From positions 192,001 through 256,000 of the forward strand of contig JBDHZC010000002.1 of NCBI GenBank assembly GCA_039811685.1: 64,000 nt of DNA. Reading direction: 5' to 3'. Of this stretch, positions 26,966-36,608 are shown piece after piece. Source of the DNA: Armatimonadota bacterium (GTDB lineage: Bacteria; Armatimonadota; UBA5829; DSUL01). A program made the position numbers and the translations under genes. Under the pieces are notes generated by a model, which was not told the DNA's origin, did not search any database, and worked only from the letters and a program-made list of their open reading frames with translations. Each line of letters begins with the position of its first letter. The stretch's first letter is position 1.

Positions 26966-27396
26966 TCCGCCAGCCTGGCGGTGGTTCCTGGATGCTCTGT
27001 ATCCGCAAAGTTCACAATCCTCTTGATCTTGTGCAAAGCGTCGGCCTCGGACGAAGAGAAGGAAAGCAGCCCCTTAAGATCCGCCATCATCCTCTGGCTG
27101 ATCCCTTCCAGACAGGGAATCAGAGTGACCCTGCCATAGCGCTTCCTGACCTGCTGTCCAATGCGCTTCAGTGAGCTCACCACCAAGGCGTTGGCCGCAG
27201 CGGCATGCCGAAAGTTGAGAACGAGCTGATTGTGGCCTGCACAGAGCAGGCGTGACGCCATATCTTCAATCGCGCGAAGCGCGCTTGCGTCTATCTTTCC
27301 AAAGACATCCAGGACAGGAACACCACTCAGGTTTCTCAGTCCCAGTTGATATGAGTTGTTCGTTTCGTTGCTGTTCGATGATCTGTTCAGACCCAT
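26962..27396 (-). CDS. STAS-like (anti-sigma antagonist-like) protein lacking the DSxG motif
   Basis: 'VPVLDVFGKIDA', 'GHNQLVLNF', 'YGRVTLI', 'SSEADAL' follow the STAS pattern; GAGG RBS before ATG 27396. Confidence 0.65.
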   Translation of the reverse strand: MGLNRSSNSNETNNSYQLGLRNLSGVPVLDVFGKIDASALRAIEDMASRLLCAGHNQLVLNFRHAAAANALVVSSLKRIGQQVRKRYGRVTLIPCLEGISQRMMADLKGLLSFSSSEADALHKIKRIVNFADTEHPGTTARLAE

Positions 27397-27596
27397 CGTG
27401 GAACACCTCTGTTCGTTATATTCCCTGCTTGCGCGCGTCGTTTGAGACAACGGAGAAGATACCGGTAATTGTCACAGCCTGCGGCGTTGCCGGGTGTGTG
27501 CGCCTGCGCGCGTGACCGATACCACCGCAAAGGCACCCCTGATTATGGGAAGACACGGGAGGGTACAGGAGGGTGATTTTGGTTAGAACAGAGGGA

Positions 27597-29138
27597 TCAG
27601 AAGAGGCGCAGGTTTCCACCTGTCAGAACACCGCGCGGCCTGATCTTCAGCAATGTCTCGGGCGCAATGTCGAGCAGAGGCTCGTCGAAGACAACAGCGT
27701 CCGCCAGCATTCCCGGCACGATGGCGCCACGCTGCGATTCCTGTCCGGCGGCGTACGCACTTCCGCGCGTGTACGCATAGACAGTTTCGCGGGGAGTCAG
27801 TGACTCGGATTTAGAGACTTCATCGCGCACACAGGCGCGGTAGATCAGCTCGTACGGATCGAGCTTTTCTACCCAGCAATCGCTGGACATAGCCAGATGC
27901 ACACCAGCTTCCTGCATTGTTCTAAACGGATAGGACCAGCGGTAGCGCTCTTTGCCGACACGGTGAACTGTCCAGAAGTCCGTGAGGACAAACTGTGGCT
28001 GCACGGCCACAGGGATCTTCAGAGACACCATGGCCCGCAGAGCCGAAGTAGTCATTTGAGAGGCGTGTTCGATACGGTGGCGCAGAGGGTTGTTGCCGCC
28101 GCTCAGTGCGCAAGCGTCCGCAATAGCCCCAACGGTGACATCGACGGCTTTGTCGCCGATGGCGTGAATCGCACACTGAAAACCAGCCGCCTGCGCTTTC
28201 TCAACCATCTCAGCCAGCTCTGGTTGATCGATGAGAAGAATCCCGCGGTTGCCGGGATCATCAGAGTAGTCATCGTGCATCGCCGCCGTGCGCGCTCCAA
28301 AGCTGCCGTCTGAGAAGATTTTCATAGCCCCAATGGTCAGGTAGTCCGACCCCTGACCCGTACGCAGGCCGCGCGCAACACACTCATCCAGGTAGCGATA
28401 GAGAATCTGTGCGTGAAAACGGATTGGCAGCTCGTTGCGTTGATCCAGCTCTCGCAGGCGGTCGAGCTGCCGCATGTCGGCCAGAAGGCAGTGAACGCCA
28501 GTAAGCCCGAGCGATGTCGCCAGAGATCCGGCCCGCAGAATTGCATCGTCAATCTCCGCATCGGTCGGCTCTGGTGCGTGCGCGGTAATCAGCGAGATAT
28601 CATCTTCTGTGAGCAGCCCACTCTCAGAGGCGCCTGGAGGCAGAGGGCCGGAAGAGTGTTGAAGCGCAAAAGTGTTTCCAACTGCCGCATGCCCGCAGAT
28701 GCGCGTAATAATCAGCGGGCGATCGGCACAGACTGCATCCAGATCTTGCCGGGTGGGAAAAGCGTGAGTTTCGAAGAGCTCCTGATCGAAACCGTGTCCG
28801 AAAAGCCAGCCCGTTGGGCGCTTCTGCGCATGCGAGCGGAGACGATCCTGCAACTCGCGCACAGAGCGGGAGTGAGTCAGATCCGCCGTGCTCTGCAGCA
28901 TCAGACCGAAGTCAATCAGGTGCGCGTGCGCATCGACAAAACCCGGAACAACTGTGGAGCCTTGCAGGTCCACTGTGTCAAAGGCGCCCTGCATCTGCGC
29001 GCGCACTTTGGTCTCAAGTCCAACCGCCACAAACCGCCCGCCCGAGACAGCGAAAGCCTCTGCGGTGGACACATCCTCAATGCCACCCTGCAGCGAGTGA
29101 ACAACGGCATTCCGGTAGAGAGTGAGACGCTCTGACAA
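27597..29138 (-). CDS. Amidohydrolase 3 (YtcJ-like)
   Basis: 'VPGFVDAHAH', 'KIFSDGSFGARTA', 'HAIGD', 'RHRIEHA', 'SSD'. Confidence 0.92.
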   Translation of the reverse strand: MSERLTLYRNAVVHSLQGGIEDVSTAEAFAVSGGRFVAVGLETKVRAQMQGAFDTVDLQGSTVVPGFVDAHAHLIDFGLMLQSTADLTHSRSVRELQDRLRSHAQKRPTGWLFGHGFDQELFETHAFPTRQDLDAVCADRPLIITRICGHAAVGNTFALQHSSGPLPPGASESGLLTEDDISLITAHAPEPTDAEIDDAILRAGSLATSLGLTGVHCLLADMRQLDRLRELDQRNELPIRFHAQILYRYLDECVARGLRTGQGSDYLTIGAMKIFSDGSFGARTAAMHDDYSDDPGNRGILLIDQPELAEMVEKAQAAGFQCAIHAIGDKAVDVTVGAIADACALSGGNNPLRHRIEHASQMTTSALRAMVSLKIPVAVQPQFVLTDFWTVHRVGKERYRWSYPFRTMQEAGVHLAMSSDCWVEKLDPYELIYRACVRDEVSKSESLTPRETVYAYTRGSAYAAGQESQRGAIVPGMLADAVVFDEPLLDIAPETLLKIRPRGVLTGGNLRLF

Positions 29139-29147
29139 CTTTTCTCT

Positions 29148-29546
29148 TCAGGGAGTCTTGTAGATGTCTTCGGGCCGCTTGAGTTGCTCTTCAACCGTCT
29201 CGAGTTTGCCACCCGAATCTACTTTGCGGTAGAAGCAGCTGCGGTAGCCCGCGTGGCAGGCCGCACCCGTCTGCTCCACTTTTACAAGGATAGCGTCCAG
29301 ATCGCAGTCAGCGCGGACTTCCTTTACGACCTGGTAGTGGCCACTGGTTTCCCCCTTTACCCAGTATTTCTGCCGGCTGCGGCTGAAAAAGCAGGTCTTG
29401 CCCTCTTCGAGAGTGCGCTTGAGAGCTTCGCGATCCATCCATGCGACCATCAGGACTTCGCCGTTTGCAGCATCCTGCACAACTGCGGCAACCAGGCCGT
29501 TGGCATCTGTTTTCAGGGAATCGAAGATATTGTCTGCGTTAGTCAT
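29148..29546 (-). CDS. hisI: Phosphoribosyl-AMP cyclohydrolase
   Basis: 'VLMVAWM', 'FSRSR', 'WVKGETSG', 'DCDLD', '[10 protein letters not shown]'. Confidence 0.96.
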   Translation of the reverse strand: MTNADNIFDSLKTDANGLVAAVVQDAANGEVLMVAWMDREALKRTLEEGKTCFFSRSRQKYWVKGETSGHYQVVKEVRADCDLDAILVKVEQTGAACHAGYRSCFYRKVDSGGKLETVEEQLKRPEDIYKTP

Positions 29547-29587
29547 AGGTTTATTTCGGTGTGCGGCTGGCGACGCTCAGAGTCGCC

Positions 29588-30373
29588 TCACTCCTCAGTT
29601 ACAGCCGCAGTAAGCCTCACCGGTACGCCGCGGCCGTTCAGGTATTCTTTGATCTCTCGAATGCTGTATGTGCGGAAATGGACGATGCTGGCAACCAGCG
29701 CCGCGTCCGCTTTGCCTTCTGTGAGCGCATCGTATATGTGTTCCAGCGTCCCTGCGCCGCCGCTTGCGATGACAGGGATCGAGACGCTCTCGGAAACCGC
29801 GCGCGTAAGCTCGATATCGTAACCGGACTGGGTGCCATCGCAGTCCATGCTTGTCAGCAGGATCTCACCCGCGCCAAGCTCCTCCCCGCGCTTTGCCCAC
29901 TCCAGCGCATCCATTCCGGTGGCCTTCCGGCCTCCATGCGTATAGACCTCCCACGAAGAGGCTTTGTCCGAAGCCCTGCGCGCGTCAACCGCCAGGACGA
30001 CACATTGCGACCCGAACATCTCGGAGGCCTGTCTGATAAGCTCTGGATTGGCGATTGCGGCGGTGTTGACGCTCACTTTGTCTGCGCCGGTCTTTAGAAT
30101 TCTGCGGAAATCGTCCGTCGTGCGGATGCCGCCGCCGACTGTAAACGGGATAAAGACCTGATCTGCCGTGCGAGACGCCACATCCACGATGGTGTCGCGC
30201 TCTTCATGGCTGGCTGTGATGTCGAGAAATGTTAACTCATCAGCCCCTTCAGCGTCGTAGAAGGCGGCCAGCTCTACAGGGTCACCCGCATCCCGCAGAT
30301 TGACAAAGTTGGTCCCTTTGACAACGCGCCCGTTGTTGACATCCAGACAGGGAATTATCCGTTTCTTGAGCAT
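29588..30373 (-). CDS. hisF: Imidazole glycerol phosphate synthase cyclase subunit
   Basis: '[12 protein letters not shown]...VVKG', '[13 protein letters not shown]', 'PFTVGGGIR', '[10 protein letters not shown]'. Confidence 0.97.
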   Translation of the reverse strand: MLKKRIIPCLDVNNGRVVKGTNFVNLRDAGDPVELAAFYDAEGADELTFLDITASHEERDTIVDVASRTADQVFIPFTVGGGIRTTDDFRRILKTGADKVSVNTAAIANPELIRQASEMFGSQCVVLAVDARRASDKASSWEVYTHGGRKATGMDALEWAKRGEELGAGEILLTSMDCDGTQSGYDIELTRAVSESVSIPVIASGGAGTLEHIYDALTEGKADAALVASIVHFRTYSIREIKEYLNGRGVPVRLTAAVTEE

Positions 30374-30549
30374 GGGCAATATCTCTCCGGCAACGTTTTT
30401 TGCTGCAGATGATTGTGACTCAACACCCTGTAGCGTTGCCACGCCCTTTGTCGGCCATAATCCATGAGGTTTTCCGCGGGCCCTCAGACCGGAGGATCAG
30501 CCCTTTGAAAACCGGAAGAACTTTACAGACACGGTGCGGGAGACACGAG

Positions 30550-31635
30550 TTGGCGCGGATTTTTGGGCACATTCTTTCACGGACAGATCTGCTGAGGCAG
30601 GTTGGAGATATCTCTCAGATTGGCGGCGTGCGTGAGGTGCGTCTGCAAGGCGGTAAGGAAGACGGCGTGAGAGCGCTGGAGTTTCGCACGGGCACGGGAC
30701 TTGAGTTTGACGTGCTGGCGGACCGGGCGATGGACATCTCGCGATGCACGTACAAAGGGGCGTCGCTGGCGTGGCGCTCGGGCGCCGGGGATCAGCACCC
30801 GTCTTTCTACAGCGCGCGCGGCGCCGAGTGGCTGTGGACTTTTCAGGGCGGCCTGTTTGCCACGTGCGGGCTTGCGCAGGCGGGCGCACCGAACACAGAC
30901 GCCGGAGAAGACCTCGGCGTTCATGGACGCATCGGCGCTACCGCGGCCACTGAACTCTGCGCGCGTGAGTGGTGGGACGGAGAGGACTACATACTGCAGG
31001 CCAGCGGCAAGATTCGTGAAGGCCGGCTTTTCGGATACAACCTCCTGCTCGAGCGCACCATCTCCACCCGCATCGGCTCCAGCACCATCCGAGTCAACGA
31101 CAAAGTCACAAATGAGGGCTTTGAACCAGCGCCGCATATGATTTTGTATCACGTGAACGCCGGTTTTCCGGTGCTAAGCCCCGAATCACGCGTTTACGCG
31201 CCTTCTCTGGAGTGTCTCCCGCGCGACAACGACGCGGAAGTTGAAGCGGATCGCTGGATGGAGATGCTGCCGCCAACCGCGGGATTTGCAGAGCGGGTTT
31301 ACGCCCACAAAATGCAACCGGATGAAGACGGATTTGTCAGCGTCACCATGGTGAACCCGGACTTCCAGGGACGCCCGTTCGGGATGCGCCTGAGATATTC
31401 TCACACGACGCTGCCCTGGTTCAACCAGTGGAAGATGCTGGGACAGGGCGCGTACGTGTGCGGGCTGGAGCCGGCGAACTGCCAGACTCTCGGCAGATCA
31501 GCGGAGCGCAGGGCGGGGAGACTTGTTGAGTTGGAGCCATGGGAAGAGCGGGAATACGAGCTGGAGATCAGCGTGATTGACGGAGACGAAGAGTTCAGAA
31601 GCGCGCGCGAGGCGGCTTCTCTGGAGGGCGCCTGA
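30550..31635 (+). CDS. Aldose 1-epimerase-like (DUF4432) protein
   Basis: 'DRAMDI', 'FQGGLFATCGL', 'HGRI', 'MILYHVNAGFP', 'YVCGLEP'; TTG 30550 with GGGAG RBS. Confidence 0.85.
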   Translation: MARIFGHILSRTDLLRQVGDISQIGGVREVRLQGGKEDGVRALEFRTGTGLEFDVLADRAMDISRCTYKGASLAWRSGAGDQHPSFYSARGAEWLWTFQGGLFATCGLAQAGAPNTDAGEDLGVHGRIGATAATELCAREWWDGEDYILQASGKIREGRLFGYNLLLERTISTRIGSSTIRVNDKVTNEGFEPAPHMILYHVNAGFPVLSPESRVYAPSLECLPRDNDAEVEADRWMEMLPPTAGFAERVYAHKMQPDEDGFVSVTMVNPDFQGRPFGMRLRYSHTTLPWFNQWKMLGQGAYVCGLEPANCQTLGRSAERRAGRLVELEPWEEREYELEISVIDGDEEFRSAREAASLEGA

Positions 31636-31637
31636 TC

Positions 31638-32576
31638 TTGGAGCCACTGCAAATCTTCTCCGGGACTGCGAACCCGGCTCTGTCAGAAGGAATCGCATCC
31701 TATCTCAACTGCGCGCTGGGCAAACTCAGGATTGAGCGCTTTTCAGACGGTGAGCTCTATGTAAAGTTCGACGAGAGCGTACGCGGGGCGGATGTGTTTC
31801 TCATCCAGCCCACGTGCCCGCCGGTTGACCAGCACGTGATGGAGCTTCTGATCCTTCTGGATACGCTTCGCCGTGCCTCAGCCGGCCGAATAACGGCTGT
31901 CATCCCCTATTACGGCTATGCGCGTCAGGAGAAAAAGGAGCGTCCGAGAGAACCTATTACCGCCAAGCTCGTCGCCGACCTCCTGAAGACTTCCGGCGCG
32001 GACAGAGTGGTCACCATGGACCTGCATGCGGACGCTATCCAGGGATTTTTCGACGTGCCGGTTGACCACCTCACGGCCCTGTCGTTGCTGTCCAAACACT
32101 TCAAAGACAAGAACCTGGAAAATCTAGTGGTCGTCTCCCCGGACGAGGGACGGGTAAAGAAAGCCCGGCAGGTTACGGAGCGCCTCCGGGCGCCTCTGGC
32201 CGTCGGGTACAAGTTTCACCCGAAGCACAACGTGGCGGAAGTGACACACATCGCGGGGGATGTACAAGGGAAGACCCCTCTGATTATCGAAGACATGATA
32301 GCGACGGGTGGCAGCATTACGGAGTGCGTCAACATGCTCTTGCAGGCTGGCGCGCGCCCGGAAATATACGTAGCGTGCACACACGGGCTGTTCACCGGCA
32401 ACGCCAAGGCCAACCTGCAGCGCCCGGAGATCAAGGAGATTGTGACCACGGATACGGTGCCGGTGCCGCGCGATCATCTGCCGGACAATGCCACTGTGCT
32501 GAGCGTTGCGCCGATTCTCGGAGAGGCAATTCTGCGACTGCGCGAAAACCGATCCATCTCAGAGCTTTTCGACTGA
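31638..32576 (+). CDS. prs: Ribose-phosphate pyrophosphokinase family protein (divergent active-site motifs)
   Basis: 'FSDGE', 'PYYGYARQ', 'MDLHA', 'VVSPD', 'EDMIATGGS', 'THGLF'. Confidence 0.9.
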   Translation: MEPLQIFSGTANPALSEGIASYLNCALGKLRIERFSDGELYVKFDESVRGADVFLIQPTCPPVDQHVMELLILLDTLRRASAGRITAVIPYYGYARQEKKERPREPITAKLVADLLKTSGADRVVTMDLHADAIQGFFDVPVDHLTALSLLSKHFKDKNLENLVVVSPDEGRVKKARQVTERLRAPLAVGYKFHPKHNVAEVTHIAGDVQGKTPLIIEDMIATGGSITECVNMLLQAGARPEIYVACTHGLFTGNAKANLQRPEIKEIVTTDTVPVPRDHLPDNATVLSVAPILGEAILRLRENRSISELFD

Positions 32577-32628
32577 GCGCGCCCGGCACATAGCACCTCC
32601 AGTTTTACGAAGGGAATGGGATCAGCCA

Positions 32629-33030
32629 ATGGCTCATCAGACTGAACTCAATATTCACACTACCAGAAAGCACGAATGTGTGGACGTCACTGAACTAATC
32701 AGCCGGACAGTCAGCGACTCCGGGATCAAGACCGGCGTGTGTGTCATTTTCGTGCCGCACACCACCGCAGCGGTCATAGCCAACGAGCACTTCGACCCAA
32801 ACGTCGCACACGACATTATCAATGCGCTGGATGAGCTGGTACCAACTAACAAGCAGTGGCGTCACCCGGAAGACAATGCGCCTGCTCACGTGAAAGCGGC
32901 GCTGATGACCGGGTCTCTGAGCGTGCCTGTGACAGAGGGTCAACTGGCGACCGGACGGTGGCAGGGAATCTATTTTCTGGAGTTTGATGGGCCTCGCACT
33001 CGCAAGCTGAGCGTGACAGTGGTTGGCTGA
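32629..33030 (+). CDS. yjbQ: YjbQ/UPF0047 family protein
   Basis: 'FVPHTTAA', 'NAPAHVKA', 'GRWQGIYFLEFDGPR'. Confidence 0.93.
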   Translation: MAHQTELNIHTTRKHECVDVTELISRTVSDSGIKTGVCVIFVPHTTAAVIANEHFDPNVAHDIINALDELVPTNKQWRHPEDNAPAHVKAALMTGSLSVPVTEGQLATGRWQGIYFLEFDGPRTRKLSVTVVG

Positions 33031-33135
33031 GGTCTGCCGACTGGACGGACACCGCAACGCAGAGTTGACTACGCTGCCTGAGGCTTTGAGAGTTCTGATG
33101 AAAACTCTGGCCATCACCACCGACGGAGGTGAGAT

Positions 33136-34650
33136 GTGAAAGCTGTTCTTCTGATCGCTTTGCTTACTATGGCTGCTCCGGTGTGGGCTGCGCAGGTCTG
33201 GACAGCCCCTGCGGCTTTGAAAATCCGGGAGAGCGCCACTGCGCCGGACTCACCGGAGCAGATGATAGCGCTTGAGGCCGCAAAGCGCGAATACGCAGCC
33301 TTCCAGATAGCCTTACGCTCAGATACAGACATCGCCTCAGTCACAGCGCTACCAACAGAGCTTTCTGGCGCCGGGACTATCAGCGCCCGGAGGGTGTCCA
33401 TCTGGCGGCAGCACTACGTGGACACAATAGACGGCCGCCTGCCAGACCCTCTATCGCCTTTGAGAAGCGTGGACTTGAAGGCGGGTGTCACACAGCCGCT
33501 GTACGTTGAGATTGAGATTCCCGCAAGCGCCCGCGAAGGGGACTATGCTGGCGCTGTCTCGCTGAGAGCGGATGGCAAAGAGTTTGCGCGCGTCAATGTG
33601 CGGCTGCGCGTGTACGGCTTCGCGCTGCCAGCTACTCCTGCGCTGACGACGGCGTTCGGGCTTCTGGACGAGCCGATGGCGGAGCAGGAAGGCCTCACAA
33701 AAGGCACAGCCGCTTACGAGCGCTACAGGCGGGCTTACTACGGGATTCTGCTGGAGCACGGTCTCTCCGCGTACAACATTCCAGCCGATCTCAACACCGA
33801 CGAAGGCGCTAGATATCTGAACGATCCGCGCATGACCTCCTTCGTAATTCCCTACTCTGAAGACGACGCCGTGCAAAAGAAGACACTGCAGCGTCTGAAG
33901 AGTGGCGGCTGGCTGGACAAGGGCTTCTTCTACGTTGTGGACGAGCCTGTCAACAAGGAGCAGTACGCCAACCTGATCAAAATCTGTGAGCGTTTGCACG
34001 CTCTGGAGCCTCGGGCGCGCATCATCGCGCCTTACTACCGTGGACCGGATTTTGACGAAAAGACAACGGTATTTGATCTCCTGACAGGCAAGCTCGACAT
34101 CTGGTGCTACAACACCTTCTACCATCAGCCGGACGAACTGGCGAAACGCCAGGCGGCCGGCGACGAAGTCTGGGACTATGTCTGCTGTGGGCCCGGAAAA
34201 CCTTACGCCAACTTCTTTATTCAAAACGACGGTATAGACCACCGGATTCTCTTTTGGCAGAACTGGAAGTACGATACCACCGGGCTGCTTTACTGGTGCG
34301 CCAACTACTGGAACGGCAAGGATACCGGCACGAAGGACCCATGGGTGGACATGGCAACTATCAAGTTCATCAACAAGGACGTGTACGGCGACGGCTCGCT
34401 GCTGTATCCAGGCCGGAAAGCGGGCTATCCGGGACCGTTGCCATCGCTGCGCCTGAAGATCATTCGACAGGGGATGCAGGACTACGACTATATCGCAATG
34501 GCAGCCGCTGCGGCCGGTCCTGCGAGAGTGCGCAGAATCGTTGACACTCAGGCAGCAAGCTGGAGTGATTACCAGAAAGACCCGATTGCGCTCAATGCCA
34601 CCAGAGCGCGCCTGGCGGCGCTGATTCTCGCAGACAAAATCGGATCGTGA
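33136..34650 (+). CDS. Exported DUF4091-domain (GH123-like) putative glycoside hydrolase
   Basis: Signal peptide; 'LPDPL', 'YVVDEP', 'WDYVCCGP', 'GLLYW', 'GDGSLLYPG', 'PSLRLKIIRQGMQDYDY'. Confidence 0.8.
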   Translation: MKAVLLIALLTMAAPVWAAQVWTAPAALKIRESATAPDSPEQMIALEAAKREYAAFQIALRSDTDIASVTALPTELSGAGTISARRVSIWRQHYVDTIDGRLPDPLSPLRSVDLKAGVTQPLYVEIEIPASAREGDYAGAVSLRADGKEFARVNVRLRVYGFALPATPALTTAFGLLDEPMAEQEGLTKGTAAYERYRRAYYGILLEHGLSAYNIPADLNTDEGARYLNDPRMTSFVIPYSEDDAVQKKTLQRLKSGGWLDKGFFYVVDEPVNKEQYANLIKICERLHALEPRARIIAPYYRGPDFDEKTTVFDLLTGKLDIWCYNTFYHQPDELAKRQAAGDEVWDYVCCGPGKPYANFFIQNDGIDHRILFWQNWKYDTTGLLYWCANYWNGKDTGTKDPWVDMATIKFINKDVYGDGSLLYPGRKAGYPGPLPSLRLKIIRQGMQDYDYIAMAAAAAGPARVRRIVDTQAASWSDYQKDPIALNATRARLAALILADKIGS

Positions 34651-35390
34651 AGCCGTTGCGCCACCGGGCAGATCTGCCGGATTTCAGCCTTCGCCACGAC
34701 CGCCGCTTCAAACATCTGAGACTGACAGTCACGCCAAGTGAAGAGCTAGTGGTAACCGGCCCACCTGGCGTGACTCAGGCGAGGGCAAGAGCTTTTGTGA
34801 AAGAGAATCTGGAGTGGATTGCCGGAGCCGTGCAGCGCACGCGGCAACACTCGCAGCGCTTGAGCAGCACCGCGCCAACTGCCCTTCCAGAGAGCGTAAA
34901 CTTTACCGCTATTCAACAGACGTGGACCGTAGTTTACAACTCGTCTCAACGCTGTGGCGCAATCAGATACAGGGCACAGCGGGGCTGTGTCGAGCTTCAC
35001 GGGGAGACAGCTAACCGCGCCCTGGTTCTTGCTACGCTCAGAGAGTTTGTCCGCACCCAGGCGTCACAGCACCTGTCGCATCTGCTGCGGTCGCTGGCAG
35101 ATCAGACCGGCCATTCATACGCCAGAGTACGCTTTGGAACGCAGCGCACGCGCTGGGGAAGCTGCTCGCGCCGCGGCACGATTTCACTCAACAGCCAGCT
35201 TCTCTTCCTGCCAGCGGAGCTTGTGCGTCACGTTATGGCGCATGAGCTGGCGCACACGCGTCATCTGGACCACTCCAGCGACTTCTGGGCACTGGTAACC
35301 CGGATGGACCCGGACTGCCAGCGCCACAGGCAGGAGTTGCGAACAGCGCACCGTCACATTCCACAGTGGTTCCTCGAGACGTTCCGCTGA
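34647..35390 (+). CDS. YgjP/DUF45 zinc metallopeptidase-like protein
   Basis: 'QRTRWGSCS', 'HELAH...HS..FW'. Confidence 0.88.
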   Translation: MKPLRHRADLPDFSLRHDRRFKHLRLTVTPSEELVVTGPPGVTQARARAFVKENLEWIAGAVQRTRQHSQRLSSTAPTALPESVNFTAIQQTWTVVYNSSQRCGAIRYRAQRGCVELHGETANRALVLATLREFVRTQASQHLSHLLRSLADQTGHSYARVRFGTQRTRWGSCSRRGTISLNSQLLFLPAELVRHVMAHELAHTRHLDHSSDFWALVTRMDPDCQRHRQELRTAHRHIPQWFLETFR

Positions 35391-35480
35391 CCGCGCAGTA
35401 ATCCGGATTCTTTACGCGACTCGGGAGCGGGGATAGTTCGCGCAGCGGGGAAATAGCCAGAGGCGGGTAGCGAAGGTCGC

Positions 35481-36608
35481 CTACCTGCCGGGCAGGGCTT
35501 TGCCGGGCGCACCGCCTGCGTAGCCTGTCAATTCGACGTACCCTTCACCGCTGACAGAACGCCCGGCGTGTGAGCCTTCCGCGCGGACTGCCCCTTCCCA
35601 ATAGGAAACTCCCGTCGTTCCCGCTGTCACCAGTTCCTGATCTTTGAGCAAGGGAGTCACGCTCAGACGCAGCTTCTCCTTCGGCGCCATGAGAGTCCAC
35701 CCGCTGGGATAAAGACCGCCGGTCCGCGGGCTCTTCCAGTGACCGTTCGCGCGAATGGAGAAGTCTTTCTGACTCAGGCTCAGCGTTGTGCCGTCGCTTC
35801 GGACTATTGTGCCGCTGGAATAGGGCGTGGGGCGGCTGCGTGCGTCCCTCAGTGAGTACAGCATCAGATCACTGCCGTCTGAAAGGCGAAGCGAAAACCA
35901 GTCCCACCCCTTCTGATTCGGCGCAAGCTCGCTGGTTCCCCACTCGTGGTCCATCCAGGTCATCCCACTTACAGAGTAGCGCTTGCCCTGTACGCTGAGC
36001 GATCCACGTGTCACCAGACGCGGGACAGAATAGTAGTAGTTGGCGTTGCCAGCGCCCGGCCCCTTCTGGCTGAGACCGTCGCGGCCGTTGAGTACAGGCG
36101 GGCGCTTTGCTCTGAGCGTAAGGTCGATTTCGTGCCCGTTTGCGCTCGCCCGCAGTCTCATAGCCTCACCACTTTGTCTGACTGACCACTGCCCTGCGCT
36201 GCCATCGGGCCCAATGAACACATCCAGCTTGTCAGCAGAGTAGCCTGCGAGTCCCAGTACCGGACGCCCGACTCTTTGATCGTAGAAGAAGCGCTTTGCA
36301 CTGACATCTGTCACTGCAAAGTGCGCGAACAGCACGTCGCGGGTCGCCCAGTGAGACGCGCGCGCCCGCAGGCTGGGCGCCAGGGCGACACGGAAGAAGG
36401 TGAGTTCATAGCCAAACTCGCGCTTTCCGGAGGACACAATGCCTGTGTAATACCACCATTCCGTACGGTAGCCGGGATGCGCGGCGTGGTCACTTGGAAA
36501 GGTGAAGGCCCGGATACGCGTGGCGCGCTCGAAGCCCTCGCCAGTTCCCAGCGCCGGAATCCCTGCAAACGCAAGAAGCGCGATGGCGAGAAGCGCCCTA
36601 GCTTTCAT
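35481..36608 (-). CDS. AttH/CrtC-like lipocalin-domain secreted protein
   Basis: 'FPSDHAAHPGYRTEWWYYTG', 'YYYSVP', 'WMDHEW', 'GWDWFS', 'YWEGAV', 'GYVELTGY'. Confidence 0.9.
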   Translation of the reverse strand: MKARALLAIALLAFAGIPALGTGEGFERATRIRAFTFPSDHAAHPGYRTEWWYYTGIVSSGKREFGYELTFFRVALAPSLRARASHWATRDVLFAHFAVTDVSAKRFFYDQRVGRPVLGLAGYSADKLDVFIGPDGSAGQWSVRQSGEAMRLRASANGHEIDLTLRAKRPPVLNGRDGLSQKGPGAGNANYYYSVPRLVTRGSLSVQGKRYSVSGMTWMDHEWGTSELAPNQKGWDWFSLRLSDGSDLMLYSLRDARSRPTPYSSGTIVRSDGTTLSLSQKDFSIRANGHWKSPRTGGLYPSGWTLMAPKEKLRLSVTPLLKDQELVTAGTTGVSYWEGAVRAEGSHAGRSVSGEGYVELTGYAGGAPGKALPGR

